From a candidate division FCPU426 bacterium (GTDB lineage: Bacteria > Oederibacteriota > Muellerivitia > Muellerivitales > Muellerivitaceae), in NCBI GenBank assembly GCA_963847625.1, contig CAWKAR010000045.1:111809-175808 (forward strand): a stretch of 64,000 nucleotides of DNA, given 5' to 3'. Numbering within the stretch: the first letter of the stretch is position 1; each line of letters begins with the position of its first letter. Under the pieces are notes generated by a model that had not been told where the DNA came from, did not search any database, and saw only the letters and a list, made by a program, of their open reading frames with translations. Of the stretch, positions 10,099 to 20,038 are shown piece after piece. Made by a program: the position numbers and the translations under genes.

Positions 10099-11193
10099 AT
10101 GATCTCAATTTCTCTCATCGCAGGAAAAATCATTGTTTTTTGTAAACACCCTAAACCCACCAAGACTCAATTAGGTGCCTGCTGCAAGGAAATATTAGAA
10201 AATTTTAAATTTGATTGCGTTTTCCTCGCGCACTCCACCCTTCCGGAAGGCGAATTGAATAAAGTGGCATTTGAAGGCAAGGAAGAAATTATGGAAGCTT
10301 GTATTTACCGGTTGGGTGTTGAAGAAAGGTTGGCATTGACAAAGCTTTCGTATAAGACTTATTCGGATATCACCGGAAAACCCGTATTTAATAAGTCGGG
10401 ATCCTTGCGCATCCAAAAACCCAATAGCGGAGTTTACCTGGTTCTGTATCGGCCTAAAAAAGATTTTTTAATATTAGGATGCGCTCATCAAGAGCCCCGA
10501 ACCTATGATTCCAAAATGTTGAACGATCTTGCTGATGTTTGGAAAGCCTCCCGTGAAGACTTATGTGAAACAGTCCGTAAAGTTCAGGGATTGGGAATGG
10601 CTTCCGACCAAACGGTGACTACGCCACTCTCCGCACCTCCAGTCCAGCCCAAGCTAGATTTAAAGATACCAGATATCCAAAGGCCAACCCAAAAGACCGT
10701 ATCCAATGGAAAACACCGCAAGTCTACCCTTCTTGTGGATGAGGTTACAAAGCTTTTCAACCGTGATTACTTTGAGGATTGCCTGGCAATCGAGGTGGAG
10801 AGGGCAAAACGGTATTCCAGGCATCTAAGTCTTATTTTCTTAAGTGTGTCCCCAATGAACCAATCTGTGCAGAAAGAGGATGAGATTGCGCTCCAAATCA
10901 CCGAAATTCTTTCCCGCAGTTTGCGCCGGGTGGACGTGATCTGCAGGCTTGAAAAAAACAAATACGCGCTAATTTTACCGGATACAGCGACCAACACTTA
11001 CGGCACAATCGCCAAGAGGATTTTCAAGCATTTCAAAGATGTCATGGGTCCTAACCCGCCCGTTTTTCTCAATGTTAGTGCGTCATCTTATCCAAAACAT
11101 GCCGATAACCATCTTTCGTTGTTTCAAAACGCCGAAAATTTATTAATTCAGGCCAAGGAAGTCGGACCCAATAAAGCTGTTCTTCCGGAATAG
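10099..11193 (+). CDS. Degenerate GGDEF-domain protein
   Basis: DEVTKLFNRDYF...EVERAKRY..LSLIF...LRRVDVICRLEKNKYALILPDT: GGDEF-like layout with EKNKY at the active-site position and an RxxD motif. Confidence 0.8.
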   Translation: MISISLIAGKIIVFCKHPKPTKTQLGACCKEILENFKFDCVFLAHSTLPEGELNKVAFEGKEEIMEACIYRLGVEERLALTKLSYKTYSDITGKPVFNKSGSLRIQKPNSGVYLVLYRPKKDFLILGCAHQEPRTYDSKMLNDLADVWKASREDLCETVRKVQGLGMASDQTVTTPLSAPPVQPKLDLKIPDIQRPTQKTVSNGKHRKSTLLVDEVTKLFNRDYFEDCLAIEVERAKRYSRHLSLIFLSVSPMNQSVQKEDEIALQITEILSRSLRRVDVICRLEKNKYALILPDTATNTYGTIAKRIFKHFKDVMGPNPPVFLNVSASSYPKHADNHLSLFQNAENLLIQAKEVGPNKAVLPE

Positions 11194-11231
11194 GGTAGTC
11201 TGCTGATGAAGCCCTCGGAGAAATAACAAAT

Positions 11232-12344
11232 ATGGACAATCGGAAAGTCTTATTGGCCCTTCACTTAACGGGTGTTGTCGGCCCAAGGCGTTTACATTCT
11301 GCCAAGGAATCCTTCGCAAACCTAGAGGATGTTTTTGGGGCCTCCGAGGAGCAACTTGCGTCTCTTCAGGATTGGAACTCTTCATCTGCTCTGAAAGTAC
11401 TGCGTTTAAAAAATCCTGGAGATCGAGTGAACCAAGAGTTGGAAGAAGCCGAAACCCATCAGATTAAAGTTGTCGTGGAAGGAGAAGAGGATTTCCCGGG
11501 AGTTTTTGATGAACTGTACGATCCTCCTTTTGTTTTATGGCGGTTGGGCCAATATTTACCAGGCGATATAAACGCTGTAGCTATGATAGGCTGCCGGAAA
11601 CCAAGCCCTTATGGCCGGCATGCTGCTTTATATCTTTCCGAAGGTATCGCGCGTGCCGGTTATACGGTGATTTCCGGGTTGGCCCGAGGGATCGATTGCC
11701 TTTCGCACTTGGGGGCCTTGAAATATTCCAAGGGAAGAACTGTCGCGTTCTTGGGAAGCGGCCTTTTGAATATTTATCCTCCCGAAAACAGCAAATTAGC
11801 CTTGGAAATCATTGATCGGGGTGCCCTTTTCAGTGAATACCCGTTGCATGCCAAACCGTTAGCACTTCATTTTCCCCAGCGCAACCGTCTCATTAGCGGA
11901 GCATCCCGGGGTATTTTGGTCGTCGAAGCTAAAAAAGACAGTGGTACTTTCATCACAGTTGACCATGGGATCGACCAGGGGAAACCCGTATTTGCAGTAC
12001 CGGGCCCAATAGATCATCCCCAATCGGAAGGAACTCATTCTCTGATTCAACAGGGTGCCAAGCTTGTCACCTGCGTTGAGGATATTTTTCACGAATTTCA
12101 GGACCGCAGGGCGGAGGCATTATACCGTTCACGAAAATCGAACGAAGCACCCCAGGTTCCTTTGGAAGATCTCACGGACGAAGAGAAATTAGTTTTGGAA
12201 AAACTTTCCCATTCTCCGATCCATGTGGATTCATTAGCGAGGGAGACACAACTTTTGTTACGAAAATTAAATGAACTGCTTTTAATGTTGGAGATGAAGG
12301 GTTTCGTCCAACAAACACCCGGCCATTGCTACTTTAAAATTTAA
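11232..12344 (+). CDS. dprA: DNA-processing protein DprA
   Basis: ISGLARGID, FPQRNRLISG, VVEA, FAVPG, LIQQGAKLV; upstream of topA. Confidence 0.95.
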   Translation: MDNRKVLLALHLTGVVGPRRLHSAKESFANLEDVFGASEEQLASLQDWNSSSALKVLRLKNPGDRVNQELEEAETHQIKVVVEGEEDFPGVFDELYDPPFVLWRLGQYLPGDINAVAMIGCRKPSPYGRHAALYLSEGIARAGYTVISGLARGIDCLSHLGALKYSKGRTVAFLGSGLLNIYPPENSKLALEIIDRGALFSEYPLHAKPLALHFPQRNRLISGASRGILVVEAKKDSGTFITVDHGIDQGKPVFAVPGPIDHPQSEGTHSLIQQGAKLVTCVEDIFHEFQDRRAEALYRSRKSNEAPQVPLEDLTDEEKLVLEKLSHSPIHVDSLARETQLLLRKLNELLLMLEMKGFVQQTPGHCYFKI

Positions 12345-12404
12345 TGATGAGTTTCAAATTGGTTGAATTTATTATTCCCTCCTGAACACAATTCACCCTG
12401 AAAC

Positions 12405-12433
12405 TTGACAAAGTGTTGATGCATGCCTATTCT
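12405..12433 (+). promoter_or_regulatory. Putative sigma70 promoter for topA
   Basis: TTGACA-17 nt-TATTCT. Confidence 0.55.
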
Positions 12434-12494
12434 TGCCCTTCAAAGGGAACCTTGAGAAACCCCTCGTTCATAAATATTATTTCAGGAATACTTT

Positions 12495-14840
12495 GTGACA
12501 AAAGCGAAAAAAATAAAAAAAGTCTCCATGAAAAAATTGGTAATAGTGGAGTCGCCTTCCAAGGCCAAGACCATCAACAAATATCTCGGGCCGGAATTTT
12601 TGGTTTTAGCTTCCAAGGGCCACCTGATTGACCTCCCGAAAAGTAAGTTGGGTGTTGATTTGGTTAATAATTTTGAACCTCTTTATATTCCTATTCGGGG
12701 AAAGGCTCCTATCATTAATGAGCTTAAAAAAGCCTCCCAAAAGGCTTCCGTAGTCTATCTCGCCACGGACCCCGATCGGGAGGGGGAAGCCATTGGCTGG
12801 CATATTAAGAATTTCCTTTCTGCATTGGCAATCACCCCGCCTATGTACCGCCTTCGTTTGAATGAAATAACGAAGCATGCCATTGAGGAGGCCATTAAAG
12901 AACCCAATGAAATGGATTTGAATATGGTCAATGCCCAACAGGCTCGAAGAGTTTTAGACCGCTTGGTGGGTTACGGCATTTCTCCCATACTTCAGCATAC
13001 TATCCGAAGGGGGCTTTCCGCCGGCCGTGTCCAGTCTGTTGCCCTTCGGCTTATCTATGAACGGGAAAAGGAAATCGAGGGGTTTAAGCCGGTTGAGTAT
13101 TGGAGCTTGGAAACCGACTTTTTGACAAGCGATGGAAGGATTATTCGAACCAAGCTTTCCAAGGTGAATGGGGAAAAGCCGGAGTTGAAAACGCAGGAAG
13201 AAACCCTCAATTTGATCAAACGATTGGAGGGTGCTGATTTTAAGGTTTCAGCGGTTTTGCACCGTGAAAAATCCAAAAAACCACCCATGCCTTTCACGAC
13301 ATCCAAGCTTCAACAAGAAGCCTATAAAAGGCTTCATTTTGGCGCCCGTAAAACCATGTCCATCGCGCAAGGTTTGTATGAGGGGGTGGAAATTGGGGAA
13401 TCGGGGCCTGTGGGTCTTATCACCTATATGAGGACAGACTCCCGCAGAATTTCACCTGAATTTAAGGCGGAAACATCAAAGTATATCGTTGAAACCTACG
13501 GTGAAAAATATCAGGGCCCTGGGGACCGGGATACCTCCAGTAAAGGAAAGATCCAGGACGCCCATGAGGCTATTCGCCCGACGTCCATTTATAGAAGCCC
13601 GGAAAAAATCAAGCAATTCTTGACCCCTGAACAGTTCAAGCTTTATCAACTGGTTTGGGAAGACTGTTTGGCGAGCCAGATGGCAAACGCGCTTTACCGG
13701 GAAACCACTATTGAAATAAGCGGCGGGGAGGCTCTTTTCCGGGCGACCGGCACCGAGACTCTTTTTGACGGGTTCACGAAAGTTTATGAGGAAGCCGCCG
13801 ATGAGGATAAAAAGACAGAGAATTCGGAATCTGAGGAGACCGAAGAGGTAAATCCGAACAAGTTATCGGGAATTGAGGAAGAGCAGGATATGGAGTGGAA
13901 AGAACCCATTCCCGAACAGCATTTTACCCAGCCGCCTCCCCGCTTTACCGATGCCTCCATGGTTAAAACTTTGGAAGAATTGGGTATCGGTAGGCCCTCT
14001 ACCTATGCCCCCACCCTTGAAACCATTCAAGCGCGTCATTATGTCAAAAAAGAGAGTGGAAGATTTTTCCTGGCAGAATTGGGGAACTTGGTATTGGGAC
14101 TTTTATTGAAAAATTTTCCGCAAATTCTTGATTATGAGTTCACCGCCAAAATGGAATCGGAATTGGATCTGGTGGAATCAGGCGAGCAGGAATGGCGAAA
14201 AATCATCGGCGATTTTTACGAGCCATTTAAGGGTACGTTAGCCGAGGCTGAGAAATTAATGGGCGAGGAGAAATCAAAAATTGAGCAGGTGACGGATATC
14301 CCCTGCGAAAAATGCGGAAATCCCATGATTGTGAAGTGGGGGCGGCATGGAAAATTCCTCGCTTGCTCAAAATACCCCGAGTGCCAATCCACCAAAAGCT
14401 TGAAGGAGACCTCGGATGGTTCCATTCAAGTGGATACGGACGTGGTGACTAACGAGAAATGCCCGAAATGCGAAAGCCCCATGGTCGTCAAAATGGGACG
14501 GTTCGGGAAGTTCTTGGCTTGCTCAAAATATCCCGAATGCAAGACGGCCAAACCCATCTCGTTGAATATCCCCTGCCCATTGGGCTGCGGAGGTGAAGTT
14601 GTTACCCGCCGTGCTTTTAGGGGGTCGGTCTTTTATGGCTGTAACCGATATCCGGAATGCCAATTCCGCTCTTGGAACAAACCGGTCAACCGTCCTTGCC
14701 CGCAATGTAATAACCCATTTCTGGTTGAAAAATATACTAAAACCCTGGGGCCCCATATTTCTTGCCCCAATAAAGAATGCGATTACAAGGAATTACAAAA
14801 GACTGAGGAAGGACCCCCGGTACAAACACCTGTTTCTTAA
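12495..14840 (+). CDS. topA: DNA topoisomerase I with C-terminal Zn ribbons
   Basis: IVESPSKAK, ATDPDREGEAI, SAGRVQS, ITYMRTD, GIGRPSTYA, CxxC ribbons; start may be ATG 12528. Confidence 0.97.
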   Translation: MTKAKKIKKVSMKKLVIVESPSKAKTINKYLGPEFLVLASKGHLIDLPKSKLGVDLVNNFEPLYIPIRGKAPIINELKKASQKASVVYLATDPDREGEAIGWHIKNFLSALAITPPMYRLRLNEITKHAIEEAIKEPNEMDLNMVNAQQARRVLDRLVGYGISPILQHTIRRGLSAGRVQSVALRLIYEREKEIEGFKPVEYWSLETDFLTSDGRIIRTKLSKVNGEKPELKTQEETLNLIKRLEGADFKVSAVLHREKSKKPPMPFTTSKLQQEAYKRLHFGARKTMSIAQGLYEGVEIGESGPVGLITYMRTDSRRISPEFKAETSKYIVETYGEKYQGPGDRDTSSKGKIQDAHEAIRPTSIYRSPEKIKQFLTPEQFKLYQLVWEDCLASQMANALYRETTIEISGGEALFRATGTETLFDGFTKVYEEAADEDKKTENSESEETEEVNPNKLSGIEEEQDMEWKEPIPEQHFTQPPPRFTDASMVKTLEELGIGRPSTYAPTLETIQARHYVKKESGRFFLAELGNLVLGLLLKNFPQILDYEFTAKMESELDLVESGEQEWRKIIGDFYEPFKGTLAEAEKLMGEEKSKIEQVTDIPCEKCGNPMIVKWGRHGKFLACSKYPECQSTKSLKETSDGSIQVDTDVVTNEKCPKCESPMVVKMGRFGKFLACSKYPECKTAKPISLNIPCPLGCGGEVVTRRAFRGSVFYGCNRYPECQFRSWNKPVNRPCPQCNNPFLVEKYTKTLGPHISCPNKECDYKELQKTEEGPPVQTPVS

Positions 14841-14998
14841 AAAGGAATCCAATAGATGGATCCAAAGAAAAATGTTTTAGAGCTGTTATTACAACTTATA
14901 ATTTCTGTGCGGTAAGAACAATTTGTTCTTGGTTTATTGAGTAATAGTGTCCCGAAACAATAGTTTTTTCATTTCTTGGCAAATCTCGAAAGGTGACA

Positions 14999-15862
14999 AT
15001 GAAAGATTCCATTCGGAAAGCTCAAATACTGGTTGAGGCTTTTCCCTACATTCGCCAATGGTTCGGGGCCACAGTGGTCGTGAAATACGGCGGTAGCACG
15101 CGCGCGGGGACTGAGGAATTAAAAACAACGCTTCAGGACATCATTTTGATGAAATTCGTCGGGATGAGACCTGTGGTAGTCCATGGGGGCGGAAAGGACA
15201 TCACACGGCTCACTGAAAAGCTGGGAATCCATTCCCAGTTCGTGGACGGCCTGCGGGTGACTGATTTACCAACGATGGAAGTGGTTGAAATGGTGCTCGG
15301 CGGAAAAATCAATAAAGAGTTGGTCAGCATGATCCACCATCTTGGCGGGCAAGCGGTTGGGCTATCGGGGAAAGACGGCGCAATGCTGGAGGCTTCCAGG
15401 ATTACCTCGAAGACCGGGAAAGATATCGGCTTCGTGGGAAAAGTTTCAAAAGTGAACACGGCCATATTGGAGATCTTGGATAAAGAACAATTTATTCCCG
15501 TCATCGCGCCATTAGGATTGGGAAAAGACGGTAACACTTATAACATTAACGCGGATGAGGCCGCCGGTGCCATCGCGGGAGCTTTGAAAGCCGAAAAACT
15601 TGTTTTCCTGACGGATGTCCCCGGCATATGCAAGAAAAAGGAAAATCCAAAAAGTCTTCTTACTACTGTTAAAGCGAAGGATGTGGCGAAATTAATAAAA
15701 TCCGGGATTATCGTAGGGGGAATGATTCCTAAAGTGGAGGCTTGCCTTTTGGCCTTGAAGTCGGGGGTGAAGAAAACGCATATTATCAACGGAACGCTTT
15801 CACATGCTTTATTATTGGAAATTTTCACTCCCGAGGGTGTTGGAACCGAAATTATCCCGTAA
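14999..15862 (+). CDS. argB: Acetylglutamate kinase
   Basis: VVKYGGS, VVHGGG, GLRVTD, YNINAD, GGMIPKV. Confidence 0.95.
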   Translation: MKDSIRKAQILVEAFPYIRQWFGATVVVKYGGSTRAGTEELKTTLQDIILMKFVGMRPVVVHGGGKDITRLTEKLGIHSQFVDGLRVTDLPTMEVVEMVLGGKINKELVSMIHHLGGQAVGLSGKDGAMLEASRITSKTGKDIGFVGKVSKVNTAILEILDKEQFIPVIAPLGLGKDGNTYNINADEAAGAIAGALKAEKLVFLTDVPGICKKKENPKSLLTTVKAKDVAKLIKSGIIVGGMIPKVEACLLALKSGVKKTHIINGTLSHALLLEIFTPEGVGTEIIP

Positions 15863-15974
15863 ACCGCATATATTCCTCATGACTCTTCAACAGCTTGATA
15901 GTTACCCGCCCTAAATTCTACCTATGGTATAATCACAATTGCGACAAAATCCACAACAGGTTGAGGTTTAATCC

Positions 15975-16433
15975 ATGAAGTGCCCTTTCTGCGGACATCA
16001 AGAAGATAAAGTGATGGATTCAAGGCCCAGTAAAGGAGGATCGGCTATCCGCCGTCGGCGTGAATGCCTTAAATGTGAGAAACGCTTCACGACCTACGAG
16101 CAAATCGAGGAAATCCTTCCCATGGTCGTCAAAAGAGACGGCCGCCGTGAGCCTTTTGACCGGTTGAAGATCGTCGCCGGAATCAGAAAGGCGGTCGAGA
16201 AACGGCCGGTGTCCTCGGAAAAAATCGAGGCCCTTGTCGATGATATTGAAACTAACCTTATGGAAAGAACCGCCAAGGAAATCAATTCCACGGAAGTCGG
16301 GGAAATGGTGATTCGAAGACTGCAAGACCTGGATGACGTGGCCTATGTCCGCTTTGCCAGCGTTTACCGCCAATTTAAGGATATCAACGCTTTCATGGAC
16401 GAGGTCAAGAAACTCCTGGCGCGACGATCCTGA
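15975..16433 (+). CDS. nrdR: Transcriptional repressor NrdR
   Basis: MKCPFCG...[20 protein letters not shown] cone, [10 protein letters not shown]. Confidence 0.97.
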   Translation: MKCPFCGHQEDKVMDSRPSKGGSAIRRRRECLKCEKRFTTYEQIEEILPMVVKRDGRREPFDRLKIVAGIRKAVEKRPVSSEKIEALVDDIETNLMERTAKEINSTEVGEMVIRRLQDLDDVAYVRFASVYRQFKDINAFMDEVKKLLARRS

Positions 16434-16518
16434 TTCATTCCCGGCAAGAAAGCTTCCTTTTGTTGAAAGTCTTATTCCGTTGAAACCCACATTTAAATCT
16501 AATTGAAAGGTTGAATCC

Positions 16519-17829
16519 ATGGCGAATGTTTTTCCATTTCGGGGACAGCGTTACCAGTCAAATTCCATTTCCAATTTGGGAAAGGTTTTAGCCCCGCCTT
16601 ACGATGTGATAACACCCTCCCAGAAAAAAGAGCTCCAGTCCGCCAGCCCCTATAACGTCATCCGGCTCATTCTTGGAAACCCCAGCCATGAAACCCACAA
16701 GAATTCCGATTATTCAGGCGCGGGAAAAACCTATTCCACCTGGAAAAAATCGGGCATCTTGAAACGGGATGGGGAACCATCCATTTATATCTACCAACAG
16801 TCCTTTCTCATCAACAAGCGATTGTTCAAACGAACCGGATTTATCGGCTTGTCGAAATTGACCCCTTTCGGGCAAAAAAAAGGGGGCATCCTGGCTCACG
16901 AGCATACCTTGATCGGGCCCAAAGCCGACCGCTTGCGTCTCATGAAGGCCGCCCACGCGAATTTCAGTTGCGTCTTTTCCCTCTATCCGGACAAAAACGG
17001 GGTCGGCAAGCTCCTTAAAAAAATGACAGCCCGTAAACCGGATACCAGCGTGGATTTTCCAAAGGGAGTGAATAACCGGGTCTGGAAAATTTCCGATGCC
17101 AAGTGGATTAACGAACTGCGGAAAAAAATCAAGAATCAAACTTTATTCATCGCCGATGGCCATCATAGGTATGAAACAGCGCTTAATTACCAAAGTTTTA
17201 GGTCCGGGGGCAGGAAGCATAAAATTGGGACTGAACCGTATGATTTCGTCATGATGATGTTCGTGTCTATGGAAGATCCTGGTTTGGTGATATTGCCTAC
17301 CCACCGGATGCTTCCAAAGAGTTTGGTGAAATCTCCCGCTTCACTGCTGAGTTATATTTCCTCCATAGGGGAAGTGACTCAATACAAGGGTAACCTTAAT
17401 GGCTTAGGCCCTTGGAATTGGATGAAAAGCTTGGGGAAAAAGAAAATCACCTTGGGGCTTTCCCTTGACGGGAAAAAACTTTATGCTATTCAATTCGATG
17501 AAAAAGTACTCCATTCACCCTTGCTGAAGGATGCTTCCGCCGCGCAAAGGAAATTGGATGTTACCCTGCTTCACAGCTTGATCCTGGAGCCTTTTTATGG
17601 CATCACCCGCGAAAAAGTTGAACACGAATTATCTTTTACCAGTAAGGCGGACGAGGCGGTGGAACAGCTGAGGAAAAAGAAATTCGGGGCCGTGTTTTTC
17701 CTCAACCCGACCCGGATCGAGCAATTGAGAGAAGTGGCCATGAACAGGGAACGGATGCCGCAAAAATCCACTTATTTTTATCCCAAACTCGTCACAGGGC
17801 TAGTTTTTAATGATTTGGATTCGTTTTGA
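16519..17829 (+). CDS. DUF1015 family protein
   Basis: APPYDVI, HEHT, IADGHHRYETA, PTHR, MPQKSTYFYPKLVTGL. Confidence 0.9.
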   Translation: MANVFPFRGQRYQSNSISNLGKVLAPPYDVITPSQKKELQSASPYNVIRLILGNPSHETHKNSDYSGAGKTYSTWKKSGILKRDGEPSIYIYQQSFLINKRLFKRTGFIGLSKLTPFGQKKGGILAHEHTLIGPKADRLRLMKAAHANFSCVFSLYPDKNGVGKLLKKMTARKPDTSVDFPKGVNNRVWKISDAKWINELRKKIKNQTLFIADGHHRYETALNYQSFRSGGRKHKIGTEPYDFVMMMFVSMEDPGLVILPTHRMLPKSLVKSPASLLSYISSIGEVTQYKGNLNGLGPWNWMKSLGKKKITLGLSLDGKKLYAIQFDEKVLHSPLLKDASAAQRKLDVTLLHSLILEPFYGITREKVEHELSFTSKADEAVEQLRKKKFGAVFFLNPTRIEQLREVAMNRERMPQKSTYFYPKLVTGLVFNDLDSF

Positions 17830-17844
17830 AAGGCTGCTGAATAC

Positions 17845-17953
17845 GGCGTGGTTCGATTGTCCTAGCCTGTCCCCCGAAGTTGCTTGTCTATCGAAGTTGC
17901 CTGTCTACCAAAGCTTTAGCGAAGGTAGATAATGAAGGGGGATTAACCCCGCC
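17845..17953. repeat. Nested palindromic REP/MITE-like element
   Basis: Outer arms GGCGTGGTT/AACCCCGCC, middle TCCCCC/GGGGGA, inner TCTACC-AAAGCTTTAGCGAA-GGTAGA; three 17-nt tandem units (c[ct]tgtc..c[ga]aag). Confidence 0.5.
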
Positions 17954-17998
17954 AGCATCAATCATTTTCCACTTCTTCTCCTTCTGAATTTAATGACT

Positions 17999-19053
17999 GC
18001 CGAATTCACGGAGTAAGTGCAACACTTCGCCGGAAGACTTCCGCCGGAGTTTTAAAGCCCAAACATTTCCTGGGCCTGTTATTGAGCCATCTTTCTATGG
18101 TCCTGAATTCTTTGAAGGACACTTTAGCAAGATCAGTCTTTTTAGGCAAATGGCGGCGGACAAGACCGATAGTATTTTCCACCGTACCTTTTTCCCAACT
18201 GTGGAAAGGGGCGCAGAAAAAGGATTTTGTACCAAGCACGTGGTTGGTTTCCAAGTGGTTGGTGTTTTCGGTTCCGTTGTCATAGGTCAGACTCAGGCGG
18301 GCGTCTTGAGGGAAGCGGCATAAAGCGCGGTTGAGGCTATGACTCATTTGGCGAGCGGTCTTTCGTTTGAGCTTTCCCAACTTGGAAAAACGGCTTTGAC
18401 GCTCGACGAGAGCCCGCATAGCCACTTTACTCTGACGAGAGACCATGGTGTCGGTTTCCCAATGGCCGAATTGCTTGCGTTGATTGGCGATCTCGGAGCG
18501 CTTATCGATGGAAACACGGCCTGGGATATGGTTTTTGGCGTGCTTACGGCTATGGCCAAATGAGAATCGTCGCCGGTGGTGTCGAACTAGGCAAGGAATC
18601 AGCTCAGTGGCTTCAGCATAAACCCACTGATAGATAGCTTCAGGACCAATGGTTTGCTTAGGCCGTAGGTGACCTAATCGACCTGAAATGAGTTCTGGAG
18701 ACCAGCCTCGTTTCAATTGACGACGGACGTAGGCACGAATTCGTTTTGTTTTCAGGCGTAAACGGCGTGCTCGTTGTTGGTTGCGGTCAACATACCGTTG
18801 ATGGGCTCGATGAGAAAGATAATAACCAGAACGGATAGGGGGAGCATTGCGCTTGAGTTCCCTGGAGAGGGTGGAAGGAGACCTCTTCAAGGCGCGTGAA
18901 ATTGCTCGAAGGCTAAGACCCTTTCCTTTCAAGACGGATAAATGATCTCTTTCTTCAACGCTTAAATGCTTGTATTTCTTTTTCATAGCCGCATATCCTA
19001 TTCATGCGGCCTTCTTCAGACACTAAGTGTTGCACTTACTTATGGAACTCGGG
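17999..19053 (-). mobile_element. IS30-family insertion sequence
   Basis: Imperfect IRs CCGAATTCACGGAGTAAGTGCAACACT (18000-18026) and CCGAGTTCCATAAGTAAGTGCAACACT (reverse complement of 19026-19052); flanking ACT direct repeat at 17996-17998 and 19054-19056. Confidence 0.88.
18006..18986 (-). CDS. IS30-family transposase
   Basis: HTH RSPSTLSRELKRN; DDE motifs GHWETDT, TYDNGTE, WEKGTVENTIGLVR; NNRPRKCLGFKTP. Confidence 0.95.
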   Translation of the reverse strand: MKKKYKHLSVEERDHLSVLKGKGLSLRAISRALKRSPSTLSRELKRNAPPIRSGYYLSHRAHQRYVDRNQQRARRLRLKTKRIRAYVRRQLKRGWSPELISGRLGHLRPKQTIGPEAIYQWVYAEATELIPCLVRHHRRRFSFGHSRKHAKNHIPGRVSIDKRSEIANQRKQFGHWETDTMVSRQSKVAMRALVERQSRFSKLGKLKRKTARQMSHSLNRALCRFPQDARLSLTYDNGTENTNHLETNHVLGTKSFFCAPFHSWEKGTVENTIGLVRRHLPKKTDLAKVSFKEFRTIERWLNNRPRKCLGFKTPAEVFRRSVALTP

Positions 19054-20038
19054 ACTTATAATTTTAATGATTCCAAGAATTCGCTTGTGATGGGATTTAT
19101 GCCGAAAAATCAATTTATAAATTATTGGTTGTTTTATATGGCTGTTATTTTTTTACTGATTTTAGAATTATCAGGATATTTCCCTTTTTATTCATATCTT
19201 GTGAGATATCCAACTGATTGGTTTTTTAATCTTTTCGGACGTTGGCCTTGTTGCTTTATGAACATAGTTTCTATTTTGTTCGGTCTTATATTCCCGTTTC
19301 TATTGGTTATTCTTTTATGGCGGATGTTTATAAATCGTAAAATTTTAAGTCTGATTGTTATGATGGGAACAGTTTTAACAGGCGTCATTGGTATTTTAAT
19401 CTATTTTTTGTTATTTGAATTTTCCAATTGGAAGGGCCATATATTTTGGCTACTTGTTCTGGGTCTTTATTTGTTTTTGTATTTAATTGTCATAAAGATG
19501 GATGAGAAATTTAAATATATAAAATTTTGGCTTGGCACATTAGGTTTATATGTTTTTCCTTTAATAACTGGTTATGCGGTTTATATTTTAGCTGTTTCTC
19601 CAAGATTCGGTATTAACCCTTTTTTTTCTCCAACTCGAATAAGCCTGACATTTTTAACTCCGATATCAGGCATTCCTTTTTATTTCATTGTAAAAAAATA
19701 TATAAATTCAAAAAAATTATTGATTTACTTTTCGGCCACGAGTTTATTGTTCTTGGCGGGCATCTTTTTAATGGGGGCTTTAATAACTGAATTTTTTCCG
19801 TATCAGGTTTGTATTTTTCCCGGGTCTGAACATGTGGATAAGGCAAAGCTGAATGTTTACTCTTATCAAGGTAAAGTACCAATAAATAAGGCTAATGCTA
19901 TTTTAATCGCTCAAAATAAGATTATTCGACTTGGGTATCAATATGATCCGAAGTGTTTGAAAGCGGAACTAATGACCTTTCCCCCGAAAACTGATCCAAA
20001 AATATGTTAGTTTTGGATTATAGATCGGGAGGGGAAAG

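Noticed and set aside
14856..14915. 19-codon ORF between topA and argB as an Arg leader peptide
   Set aside because: Only one Arg codon and no attenuator structure seen.
2932..15862. Functional P-II/ArgB (NAGK) linkage
   Set aside because: The genes are ~12 kb apart in different gene clusters; proximity alone is not evidence.
19027..20010. 327-aa ORF exactly as listed in the track
   Set aside because: Its start lies inside the IS30 IR and its last 13 codons come from the IS3 IRL; it is re-annotated as an interrupted gene.
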